Source: an uncultured delta proteobacterium
Lineage (GTDB): Bacteria > Desulfobacterota > Binatia > Binatales > Binataceae
NCBI GenBank assembly: GCA_963765675.1
Contig: CAVXXK010000003.1
Span: forward strand, 538,136 to 602,135
Direction of reading: 5' to 3'
Length of the DNA stretch: 64,000 nucleotides
Part shown: positions 1-9,989 of the stretch, piece after piece
Layout: each line of letters begins with the position of its first letter
How positions within the stretch are numbered: position 1 is the stretch's first letter
Translations under genes and position numbers: made by a program
Notes under the pieces: model-generated
Told to the model about the DNA's origin: nothing
The model's database searches: none
What the model saw: only the letters and a program-made list of their open reading frames with translations

Positions 1-353
1 AGCACGGCTTCATGATTGTGATCGGCTCGGTCGCCGGAGATCGCGGCCGCGCGAAAAATTATGTGTACGGCGCGGCCAAGGGCGGGCTGCATACTTTTAC
101 CCAGGGACTGCGCGGACGGCTCACGCGCGCGGGCGTCCACGTGATGACGGTCAAGCTCGGCACGGTCGACACGCGGATGACGTGGGGTCGCGAGGGAACT
201 CTCCTCACCGTCTCTCCCGAGAAAGCCGCGAACGCGATTTACGCCGCGTACCAGCGCAAGGCTGAGGTCGTGTACGTACCGTGGTTCTGGCGCCCGATCA
301 TGGGAATCGTGAAGTTAATCCCGGAGCGGTTTTTCAAGCGCACCAGCTTCTAG
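1..353 (+). CDS. SDR-family oxidoreductase, C-terminal part (5' end outside window; DprE2-like)
   Basis: GSVAGDRGR..NYVYGAAK carries the SDR Ser and YxxxK catalytic motif; the C-terminal VYVPWFWRPIM is typical of DprE2-like SDRs. Confidence 0.8.
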   Translation, partial: HGFMIVIGSVAGDRGRAKNYVYGAAKGGLHTFTQGLRGRLTRAGVHVMTVKLGTVDTRMTWGREGTLLTVSPEKAANAIYAAYQRKAEVVYVPWFWRPIMGIVKLIPERFFKRTSF

Positions 354-356
354 CGA

Positions 357-1127
357 TCACTCTTCCAAGTAGTAATCGATCGTCGAAACCAGACGCACCT
401 TCTTGTCGATCGAGCGCGCTTCGTCGAAGCCGCTCTGCGAGCCGGAAGCGTCACGCGGAAGAATCTCGAACACGCCCTGATTGGCGCGCCGGATCGGGCC
501 GAGCTTGCTGTTCGAATCGTTGGCGAACTGCTGCGCGACGGCGCGCGCGCTCTTGGTCGCCTCCGCCAGCATCGCGGGCCGGATCGAATCGAGGTTGGTA
601 AAATAGTAGGCAGGATTGGCGATGCCGTTGTCGGGTTCGAGGTTGAGCACGATTCCCTGGCTGATGAGATCACCGGTGAGTTGACCGGTCTGCGCAACGC
701 GATCGACATTGCCCGAGCGGATCTGAATGCCGCCCTTGACCAGATAGCGCCCGTTGCTGCGATTTTGCGTGGCGCCGAACTGCTCGGTGTCGGTGACCTT
801 TGCGGGGACTATTTCGATCTCGGCGTCCGTGAAGCCATGCTGATGCGCAAACGCAGTGACGAGCTTCGCGTCACGAACGATTTCAGTATTTGCCTTGATC
901 ACGTCGTCGCTGGTGGCGGTGTATGAGATGTTCCACACCGCCACGTCGGCTTTGACCGGCCGCTCGACCAATCCGCGGACCGTCACATAGCGGTCGCGTC
1001 CGCGCGCAGACAGAAACCCCTGCTCGATAAAATAGCCGCCCAGCGCAAGCCCGATCGCAACCAGCGCGCCCAGGATCGCAGCGCTCGAAGCAGGCATCCC
1101 GCGAGATTCCATGATTCGCGTCTCCAT
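357..1127 (-). CDS. SIMPL (DUF541) domain protein
   Basis: N-terminal TM anchor, then RYVTVRGLVERPVKAD..W, A..FA.DS..KLG.IRRANQG.FEI and KKVRLVSTIDYYL. Confidence 0.85.
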   Translation of the reverse strand: METRIMESRGMPASSAAILGALVAIGLALGGYFIEQGFLSARGRDRYVTVRGLVERPVKADVAVWNISYTATSDDVIKANTEIVRDAKLVTAFAHQHGFTDAEIEIVPAKVTDTEQFGATQNRSNGRYLVKGGIQIRSGNVDRVAQTGQLTGDLISQGIVLNLEPDNGIANPAYYFTNLDSIRPAMLAEATKSARAVAQQFANDSNSKLGPIRRANQGVFEILPRDASGSQSGFDEARSIDKKVRLVSTIDYYLEE

Positions 1128-1168
1128 CGTTATAGGCCGTCGCCCTAGAGGCTACGCGCAAACCGCAG

Positions 1169-1204
1169 AAAAGAAAGAGGCCCGATTTAGCGGGCCTCTT
1201 TTTT
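1169..1204. terminator. Intrinsic terminator downstream of korB, possibly bidirectional
   Basis: AAAGAGGCCCG-atttag-CGGGCCTCTTTTTT: GC stem flanked by A and T runs. Confidence 0.75.
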
Positions 1205-1228
1205 CGATCATGTAAGTAATCTCGCGAG

Positions 1229-2230
1229 CTAGTTGACGGTCCAGGTGTCGCCGCGATTCAGGAGCTCGGTCAGATTGCCTGGGCCCTGCTTGGCCTTGGC
1301 GTCTTCGAGCTGCTTGTTGATCGCGCCGTCGTAGGTCGGACGCGAAACCGCGTAGAAGACTCCGACCGGCGTCGGCATCGGCGCCTCGAAATTTCCGAGC
1401 ATGAAGGCGAGCGAGAGATTGGTTTCGTCGTGGACCACGATGTCTTTTTCGCTGATGCCATTTTCGCCCAGCGTCACGACCTCGGGCCGCATCCCGTTCA
1501 TCTTGATGCCCTTGTTGCGTTCCTTGCCGAAGAGCAGCGGCTTGCCATTCTCGAGGATCAACTGATGCTCGGCTTTGATCGCCTTGTCGCTGACCTCGTT
1601 GAAAGCGCCGTCGTTGAAGATATTGCAGTTCTGCAGAATCTCGATGAACGACGCGCCGCGATGCGCATGCGCGCGCTTGAGCATCTCGCCCAGATGCTTC
1701 TGCTCGACGTCGATCGCGCGCGCGACGAAAGTCGCATGTGCGCCGAGCGCGACCGTGATCGGGTTGAAGGGAAAATCCACCGAACCCGCGGGAGTTGACT
1801 TGGTCACCTTGCCCACTTCGGACGTCGGCGAGTACTGGCCCTTGGTCAATCCGTAGATACGGTTGTTGAAGAGCAGAATCTTGAGGTCGATATTGCGGCG
1901 CAGCGCGTGGATCAGATGGTTGCCACCGATCGAGAGGCCGTCGCCGTCGCCGGTGACGACCCACACGTCGAGGTCCGGCCGCGTAACCTTGAGACCGGTC
2001 GCGATCGCTGGCGCGCGTCCGTGAATCGTGTGAAAGCCGTAGGTGTTCATGTAGTACGGAAAGCGGCTCGAGCATCCGATGCCCGAGATGAAGACCGTGT
2101 TGTGCGGCGCGATGCCGAACTCGGGCATCGTCTTTTGAACCTGCGCCAGGATCGCGTAGTCACCGCATCCAGGACACCATCTTACTTCCTGGTCGGATTC
2201 GAAATCCTTGCGGGTAAATGCGGTAGCCAT
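1229..2230 (-). CDS. korB: 2-oxoacid:ferredoxin oxidoreductase beta subunit
   Basis: WCPGCGD, SGIGCSSR, TPP-binding GDGD...NN motif, YGLTKGQYSPTS. Confidence 0.93.
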   Translation of the reverse strand: MATAFTRKDFESDQEVRWCPGCGDYAILAQVQKTMPEFGIAPHNTVFISGIGCSSRFPYYMNTYGFHTIHGRAPAIATGLKVTRPDLDVWVVTGDGDGLSIGGNHLIHALRRNIDLKILLFNNRIYGLTKGQYSPTSEVGKVTKSTPAGSVDFPFNPITVALGAHATFVARAIDVEQKHLGEMLKRAHAHRGASFIEILQNCNIFNDGAFNEVSDKAIKAEHQLILENGKPLLFGKERNKGIKMNGMRPEVVTLGENGISEKDIVVHDETNLSLAFMLGNFEAPMPTPVGVFYAVSRPTYDGAINKQLEDAKAKQGPGNLTELLNRGDTWTVN

Positions 2231-2236
2231 TGGTCC

Positions 2237-4139
2237 TCAGCCCTCCAATACGCGGTTGATGCGGGTGACGATTTCGCTGACCTTGAACGGACGGCCCTGG
2301 ATCTTGTTGAAGCCGACCGCGTCGATCAGGTAATCGGCGCGAACCATCTTCAGCAAATGGCCCATGTTCATTTCGGCGATCATCACGGTCTTGAATTGGC
2401 GCAGCTTGGCAGCCAGATCGCGCGGCAGCGGATTCAGGTAGCGCAGATGGATGTGCGAGACCTTCTTGCCCTTCTCTCGCACCTGCTTGACGGCCTCGCG
2501 AATCGGACCGAAGGTGGAACCCCATCCGAGCACGACCAGGTCGCCGCCGTTCGCGTCGCCGAAGATTTCAGTCGGCGGAATGTCCTGCGTGATCCCCGCG
2601 ACCTTGCGCGCGCGCGTGCGGATCATCAGCTCGTGATTTGCGGGCGAGTAACTGATGTTGCCGGTCAGGTTCTCGCCGGTGATTCCGCCGAGCCGATGCT
2701 CGAGTCCCGGAGTGCCGGGAATCGCCCACGGACGCGCGAGCGTCTGGTCGTCGCGCGAGTACGGCAGAAATCCGACCGGGTCGGTTTCGAACTCAACTTT
2801 GATCGGCGCCAAGATCCTCAACCTTCGGCAGCAACCACGGCTCGGCGCCGTTGGCGAGCTGTCCGTCGGTGAGCAGGATCACAGGCGTCATGTACTTGAC
2901 CGCGATTCGAACCGCCTCGTACGCGCAATCGAAACAATCGGCGGGAGTCGACGCGGCGATGATCGGAATCGGCGACTCGCCGTGACGTCCGTACATCGCC
3001 TGCAGCAAGTCGGCCTGCTCCGGCTTGGTCGGCATCCCGGTCGAAGGACCCGCGCGCTGGATGTCGGTAATCACGAGCGGCAGCTCGACCTTCACCGCCA
3101 GACCGACGGCCTCTGCCTTGAGATTCATGCCGGGGCCCGAGGTCGTGGTGATCGCGATCGCGCCGCCGAATGAGGCTCCGATCGCGGAGCACACGCCGGC
3201 AATCTCGTCCTCGGCCTGGAACGTATAGACCGGGAAATTCTTGAAGGTCGCGAGTTCATGCAGAACGTCGCTGGCCGGCGTAATTGGGTATGATCCGAGG
3301 AACAGCGGACGATTCGATTTCACCGCCGCCGCGACAAATCCCAGCGCGGTCGCTGTGTTGCCCGTGATATTGCGGTAGAGGCCCGGAGCGATCTGCGCGG
3401 CGGGAACCTCGTACGACGAGGTGAACATCTCCGTGGTCTCGCCGTAATTGAAGCCGGCCTTGAAGACGCGGATGTTCGCCTCGATGATCTCGGGATTCTT
3501 CTTGAACTTGCTCTCGATATACTCGATCGTGCTCTGGGTCGGGCGCTGATACAGCCACGAGAGCATCCCCAGCACGAACATATTGCGGCTGCGGAACACG
3601 GCACGGTTGTTGAGTCCGAGCCCATGCACAGCGAGCGTGGTGAGCTTGGTCACGTCAACCTGGATGACCTGGTACTTGTCGAGCGAATGGTCTGTGAGAG
3701 GATTATCGGTGTAGCCGGCGCGCTTCAGGTTCGCGGCGCTGAACGCCTCGCGATCGACGATTAGCAGGCCGTTGGGCGGCAGGTCTTCGAGGTTGGCCTT
3801 GAGCGCGGCCGGATTCATCGCGACCAGCACGTCGGGCTCGTCGCCGGCGGTAAAGATCTGATTGCTGGAAAAGTTGAGCTGAAATCCGCTGACTCCGGCG
3901 AGCGTACCCGCAGGGGCGCGGATCTCGGCCGGGAAATCCGGCAGCGTCGCGATATCGTTGCCGGCAAACGCCGACTCGGTCGTGAACTGCATCCCGGTCA
4001 ACTGCATCCCGTCGCCGGAATCTCCGACGAAGCGGATGACGACGCGGTCTTTGCGCTGAAGAGGCTTCTTGGCGTCACCGGAACGGCGCTGACTCGGGGA
4101 GTCCGTAATCTGTCCGGCGGCCTCAGGTGGTACAGCCAT
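2237..4139 (-). CDS. korA: 2-oxoacid:ferredoxin oxidoreductase alpha subunit, interrupted by one extra base near 2810-2812
   Basis: ORF 2793-4139 has GDSGDGMQL, PAEIRAP, YPITPAS and QAEDE; ORF 2237-2821 has the C-terminal domain (GWGST, EMNMG). Removing 1 nt joins ...PKVEDL to APIKVEF... Confidence 0.88.
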
Positions 4140-4232
4140 CTCGGTCCAATCTCCTTACGCTGACAATCGTGGTGATGAAGACATTGTTGGGTTACATGCG
4201 GAACAAAAGCTCAATCGTATGCGCGGAACTAA

Positions 4233-4261
4233 AGTATATCTAATGTTAGGATTTCGTGAAA
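4233..4261 (-). promoter_or_regulatory. Candidate sigma70-type promoter for korAB
   Basis: Minus strand TTTCAC-N17-TATACT in an AT-rich patch about 95 nt upstream of korA; CTAA-N2-TTAG dyad in the spacer. Confidence 0.5.
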
Positions 4262-4272
4262 GAGGGGGTTGC

Positions 4273-4551
4273 TTATCTGATTTCAAACCCGGCGAGCTCT
4301 CCGCTCCACTCCATCCACTCCTGCTCCACTGAACTCACACTCGCGAACCGCGGCCCCTGATGCGCCCACGCCGCAAGCTTGTCCAATCCATCCTTATCCC
4401 CTTCGGCGACAATTTCAACGCCTCCGCCCGCCAGGTTTCGCGCCCATCCCGCAAGCCCGTGCCGCTGGGCCTCGGCGACGGCAGCCCAGCGGAAGCCGAC
4501 GCCCTGCACCCGTCCGGTAACAATCAGCCGCATCCGCGCCCGTGCCGCCAT
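4273..4551 (-). CDS. acyP: Acylphosphatase
   Basis: GRVQGVGFR and GWARN..G.VE motifs, 92 aa. Confidence 0.93.
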   Translation of the reverse strand: MAARARMRLIVTGRVQGVGFRWAAVAEAQRHGLAGWARNLAGGGVEIVAEGDKDGLDKLAAWAHQGPRFASVSSVEQEWMEWSGELAGFEIR

Positions 4552-4562
4552 CGCGAAATCCC

Positions 4563-6602
<2,040 letters not shown>

Positions 6603-6971
6603 TTAGTTCTCGTTCGGTTGGTAAACCCGAACCCTTCCGATCTCAACTATCCAGAGCTTGCCGTCCAGTCGTTCTTTGCCCAGCGCGGATCGAAGCGTGC
6701 TTATCAGATCGTGAAGGGCGCGAGCCGACGGATGCCGCGGCAGACGAAGAACCGCTATTCCGTGATAGCGCGACGGGCGATAGGTCAGTGGATTCGCAAA
6801 GCCCAAGTCGAGCGTCACTATTGCTCTGCGCTCACGACGGCATCGCTCGATCAGATCGCTGTCCGAGGCGCCGCTCATGGTCTGTTCGCTAACCGTCGAG
6901 ACGTCATGTCCTGCCGCTCGCAACGGAATCGCCAGGCGCGGAGCCAAATTCTCGTCGAGCTTGAGTTTCAA
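6603..6971 (-). CDS. DUF5615 PIN-like protein (VapC45-type toxin)
   Basis: MKLKLDENL..., GASDSDL, IVTLDLGF; TTG start overlaps the upstream stop. Confidence 0.85.
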   Translation of the reverse strand: MKLKLDENLAPRLAIPLRAAGHDVSTVSEQTMSGASDSDLIERCRRERRAIVTLDLGFANPLTYRPSRYHGIAVLRLPRHPSARALHDLISTLRSALGKERLDGKLWIVEIGRVRVYQPNEN

Positions 6972-7219
6972 TGCCGGGGATGGGTAGGAATTTCGACGAA
7001 CCGTTCTCGAGACATTTCCGCTCCATATGCGATGCAGGCATCGATATCGGCGTTATCCAGCCCCGGATACTCATTTCGGATCCCTTCTTTGGACTCACCA
7101 CTGGCGAGAAGGTCCAGAATAAGCGAGACCCAGATCCGATGACCTCTGATGCACGGTTTTCCAAAACACACTTTCGGGTCGATGGATATTCGTTTCAAAA
7201 GGCTTTTACGGCTCGCCAC
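6968..7219 (-). CDS. DUF433 protein (VapB45-type antitoxin)
   Basis: ISIDPKVCFGKPCIRGHRIWV..IL..LASG...EYPGL...DI.AC; GTG start at 7219 after GAGGTGG. Confidence 0.9.
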   Translation of the reverse strand: MASRKSLLKRISIDPKVCFGKPCIRGHRIWVSLILDLLASGESKEGIRNEYPGLDNADIDACIAYGAEMSRERFVEIPTHPRH

Positions 7220-7259
7220 TGGCCACCTCGCCAATCGTGGTTACTCGGTGTCTCCAATC

Positions 7260-7955
7260 CTAGCGCCGGGAATAGCCCATCGCGTCGAGGAAGTCGTCGA
7301 GGGTCGTGAATCGCATATACATATTGTGACGCTTCTGGTCGGCGATCGTAGTACTTGATTCCGAGGAATAGGCATGGCCGGGAAATACTACGGTCGCGTC
7401 ATCGAGCGACTTCAATGTAGTATTCAGGCTATGGTACATCGCCTCGGGGTCTGAGCCCGGCAGATCGACGCGCCCGCACGAATTCACGAATAAAGTATCG
7501 CCAGAAATCAGATTTCCCTCGGCCAGAAAGCATTGCGAGCCGGGAGTATGGCCGGGAGTATGGAGAAACTTCACCTCGATCTCGCCGACCTTGAACGTAT
7601 CGCCGGCTTCGACCTTTACTATATCGCTGTCGGAAAGGCCCGCGACCTTTTTTGCGCCTTCCGCTTCGTGCTTGTTGAGATATACTTTCGCCTTTACCCG
7701 CTCCAGCATCTCTGCCACGCCTTCGATACTCTGCCCCATCATCTTTCCACCCAGATGATCCGGATGGTAGTGAGTAATCAGAATTTTATCCAGTTCGTAC
7801 CCTTCGCGCTCGACGAAATTGCAGATTTTGGCGACGTCCCAGGCGGGATCCACTACTGCCGCTTTCTTGGCGACTTTGTCACCCACTATATAAACGAAAT
7901 TCGCCATCGGACCGATTTGCGCCTGGCGAAGATAGAGTCGATTTTCCGCTTCCAT
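7260..7955 (-). CDS. MBL-fold metallo-hydrolase (glyoxalase II/ETHE1-like)
   Basis: THYHPDH, HTPGHTPGS, SGDTLF..SCGRVDLPG, FPGH; true start MEAENRLY. Confidence 0.9.
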   Translation of the reverse strand: MEAENRLYLRQAQIGPMANFVYIVGDKVAKKAAVVDPAWDVAKICNFVEREGYELDKILITHYHPDHLGGKMMGQSIEGVAEMLERVKAKVYLNKHEAEGAKKVAGLSDSDIVKVEAGDTFKVGEIEVKFLHTPGHTPGSQCFLAEGNLISGDTLFVNSCGRVDLPGSDPEAMYHSLNTTLKSLDDATVVFPGHAYSSESSTTIADQKRHNMYMRFTTLDDFLDAMGYSRR

Positions 7956-7972
7956 GACCGATCTCCGGGGAT

Positions 7973-8647
7973 TCAGGATTTCGCGGCACCGCTGCGCGCG
8001 GCGTGTCGTTTCATCGCGGCTCTGCGCCGCGCGGCCTTGATTTCGGGATCGTCCAGCCGCAGGCCACGATCCCACAGGAACTCGGACTCGCCGAGCTTGT
8101 GCGCGACCCATCGCGATTGCACGAAAAGATGATCGCTCAGCCGATTCACGTAGATGATTAACTGCTCGTTGATCGGTTCCTCGCGCTGGAGGGTCCACAG
8201 CACCCGCTCCGCACGACGGCATACAGTACGTGCCTGATGCAGAAATGCGTTCAACACGCCGCCGCCCGGGAGCGTGAAGGATTTGAGCGGCTCGAGCACT
8301 TTCTCCATCCGATCCATCTCGTTTTCGAGGAGATCGATTTCGAGCGCGCTCATCCGATACATCCCCTCGTACTCGCCGTCGTGCGGAGTAGCCAGTTCGC
8401 TGCCGACGTCGAACAACTCGTTCTGAATCCGGCGCAACATTTCGGCGTACCAGACGCCATCCGCACCGAGCCGGGACACGTATCCGGGCAGATAGGTCCG
8501 CACGATTCCGATGATCGAGTTGAGCTCGTCGATCGTGCCGTAGGCGTTGATGCGTCCGTGCTCTTTCGGCACGCGGCGGCCGCCGACGAGAGCGGTCGTG
8601 CCCTTGTCGCCGGTGCGGGTGTAGATTCGGTTGAGCCGAATAGCCAT
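7973..8647 (-). CDS. ATP:cob(I)alamin adenosyltransferase, PduO/MMAB type
   Basis: IYTRTGDKGTT, AYGTIDELNS, F.LPGG, ARTVCRRAER, YVNRLSD. Confidence 0.92.
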   Translation of the reverse strand: MAIRLNRIYTRTGDKGTTALVGGRRVPKEHGRINAYGTIDELNSIIGIVRTYLPGYVSRLGADGVWYAEMLRRIQNELFDVGSELATPHDGEYEGMYRMSALEIDLLENEMDRMEKVLEPLKSFTLPGGGVLNAFLHQARTVCRRAERVLWTLQREEPINEQLIIYVNRLSDHLFVQSRWVAHKLGESEFLWDRGLRLDDPEIKAARRRAAMKRHAARSGAAKS

Positions 8648-9087
8648 TAGATATTCGCCTTTTTGCGGATTGCTTCGTACGACGCGTCGCCAAGATCGGT
8701 CGAGACCGGCAGTCCGCTGTCGCGCCATCCCGGAACGACCACCGTGCCGGATTGATCGCGCTGTCCGCCGAAGCCGCCGGTGACATTGGTCAGATCGGCA
8801 TAGCCGGCATCCTCGAGCATCTCGCACGCGCGCATCGAGCGTCCGCCGGCCTGGCAGCCGACGACGAGGGTTTTATTTTTCGGCAGAATTTTTTCCGCGA
8901 TTTCGAGAAAATCGGGATTTAACTGCATCTGGCCGGGACCTTTGATGAACACGACCGGAATATTGATCGCGCCCGCGGGATGACCCTGCGCAAACTCGCC
9001 CTCGGTGCGCACGTCGAGGTAGATCGCTTCGGGATTGCGCTTGAGCGTCTCATTCGCGTCGCGCGGCGGTTGCTCTTTTATCGGCAT
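8647..9087 (-). CDS. Single-domain rhodanese-like protein
   Basis: LDVRTEGEF..GHPAGAINIP and active-site loop CQAGGRS. Confidence 0.9.
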   Translation of the reverse strand: MPIKEQPPRDANETLKRNPEAIYLDVRTEGEFAQGHPAGAINIPVVFIKGPGQMQLNPDFLEIAEKILPKNKTLVVGCQAGGRSMRACEMLEDAGYADLTNVTGGFGGQRDQSGTVVVPGWRDSGLPVSTDLGDASYEAIRKKANI

Positions 9088-9156
9088 GGGAATTCACCTT
9101 TGAATCTTCAATCGCAATTCTAGCAGATAACGATGCGGCTCGCTCGGCGCGGTTGA

Positions 9157-9669
9157 TCAGGCTTGCGGCTTTCCGACCCGTTCATGATGCACCATCGCAC
9201 TGCGCGGTTTCAGCGGACGCGCCTCGGGCGGGCGCGTCGCGTCGGGGTAGCCGAATGGCAGAATCGTGAAGATGCCCCATCCCGCGGGCAGATCGATGAG
9301 CGGGCCGATCTTCGCGGCGTCGAAATTGCCGACCCAGCAGGTCCCCAGCCCGAGCGCCCATCCGGCGTTGGCCATGTTCTGCACGGCCTGCGCGCAATCG
9401 ACGTCGGCCCATCGCGTGTTGCCGAGATCCTTCAGCACGACAACCGCGCTCGGAGCGTCGGCGACAAATTTGCCGGTGCTGCAGAGCGCGCCGATCTCTT
9501 TGAGGCGGGTGCGATCGCGAATCACCACGAATTGCCACGGCTGCAGGTTGCGCGCGCTCATCGCATGGCGTCCGGCCTCGACGATTTTGTTTAGCTTGTC
9601 GTCATCGACCGCTTTGGGCGCGAATGCCCGTTGCACCTTGCGCGAATTGATCGCCTCTATCGCGTCCAT
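9157..9669 (-). CDS. Nitroreductase-family protein
   Basis: SRKVQRAF, AMSARNLQPWQFVV, A.ALGLGTCWVG, FGYP; start MDAIEAI after GGAGG. Confidence 0.9.
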   Translation of the reverse strand: MDAIEAINSRKVQRAFAPKAVDDDKLNKIVEAGRHAMSARNLQPWQFVVIRDRTRLKEIGALCSTGKFVADAPSAVVVLKDLGNTRWADVDCAQAVQNMANAGWALGLGTCWVGNFDAAKIGPLIDLPAGWGIFTILPFGYPDATRPPEARPLKPRSAMVHHERVGKPQA

Positions 9670-9989
9670 CGTGGACCTCCCGTGCTGCAACCGGGCGGCG
9701 AGCCCCTTACAGCCGTAAGATTGAATTTTTAACGGCGCTTGCAAGTCTTGTAGTATCAACTCGCGCCAAATTCTAGTTGACGATCGGGGACCAGAGGACG
9801 GAATCGGCGCCGGCGCGGGGACGCTTCGACTGCATGCAGCGAAGCCGCTGCGCAGTTGAGCGCCGGGATTCGCAGAAAATCGATGCCCGCGCAATAAAGA
9901 ATCCGGCGGCATCAGGATTGCTGGACAACGGCCGTCCGCCGAATGGAACGCGGGCTATCGACGCGGATGATTCGCGTGGGGAGTAATTT

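Noticed and set aside
7956-8786. 508-aa extended version of the MBL ORF, suggesting a fusion
   Set aside because: The extension overlaps PduO and rhodanese in another frame; the real start is MEAENRLY at 7955. Similar spurious extensions were trimmed for truB, rpsO, pnp, acs, purU and the Mo subunit
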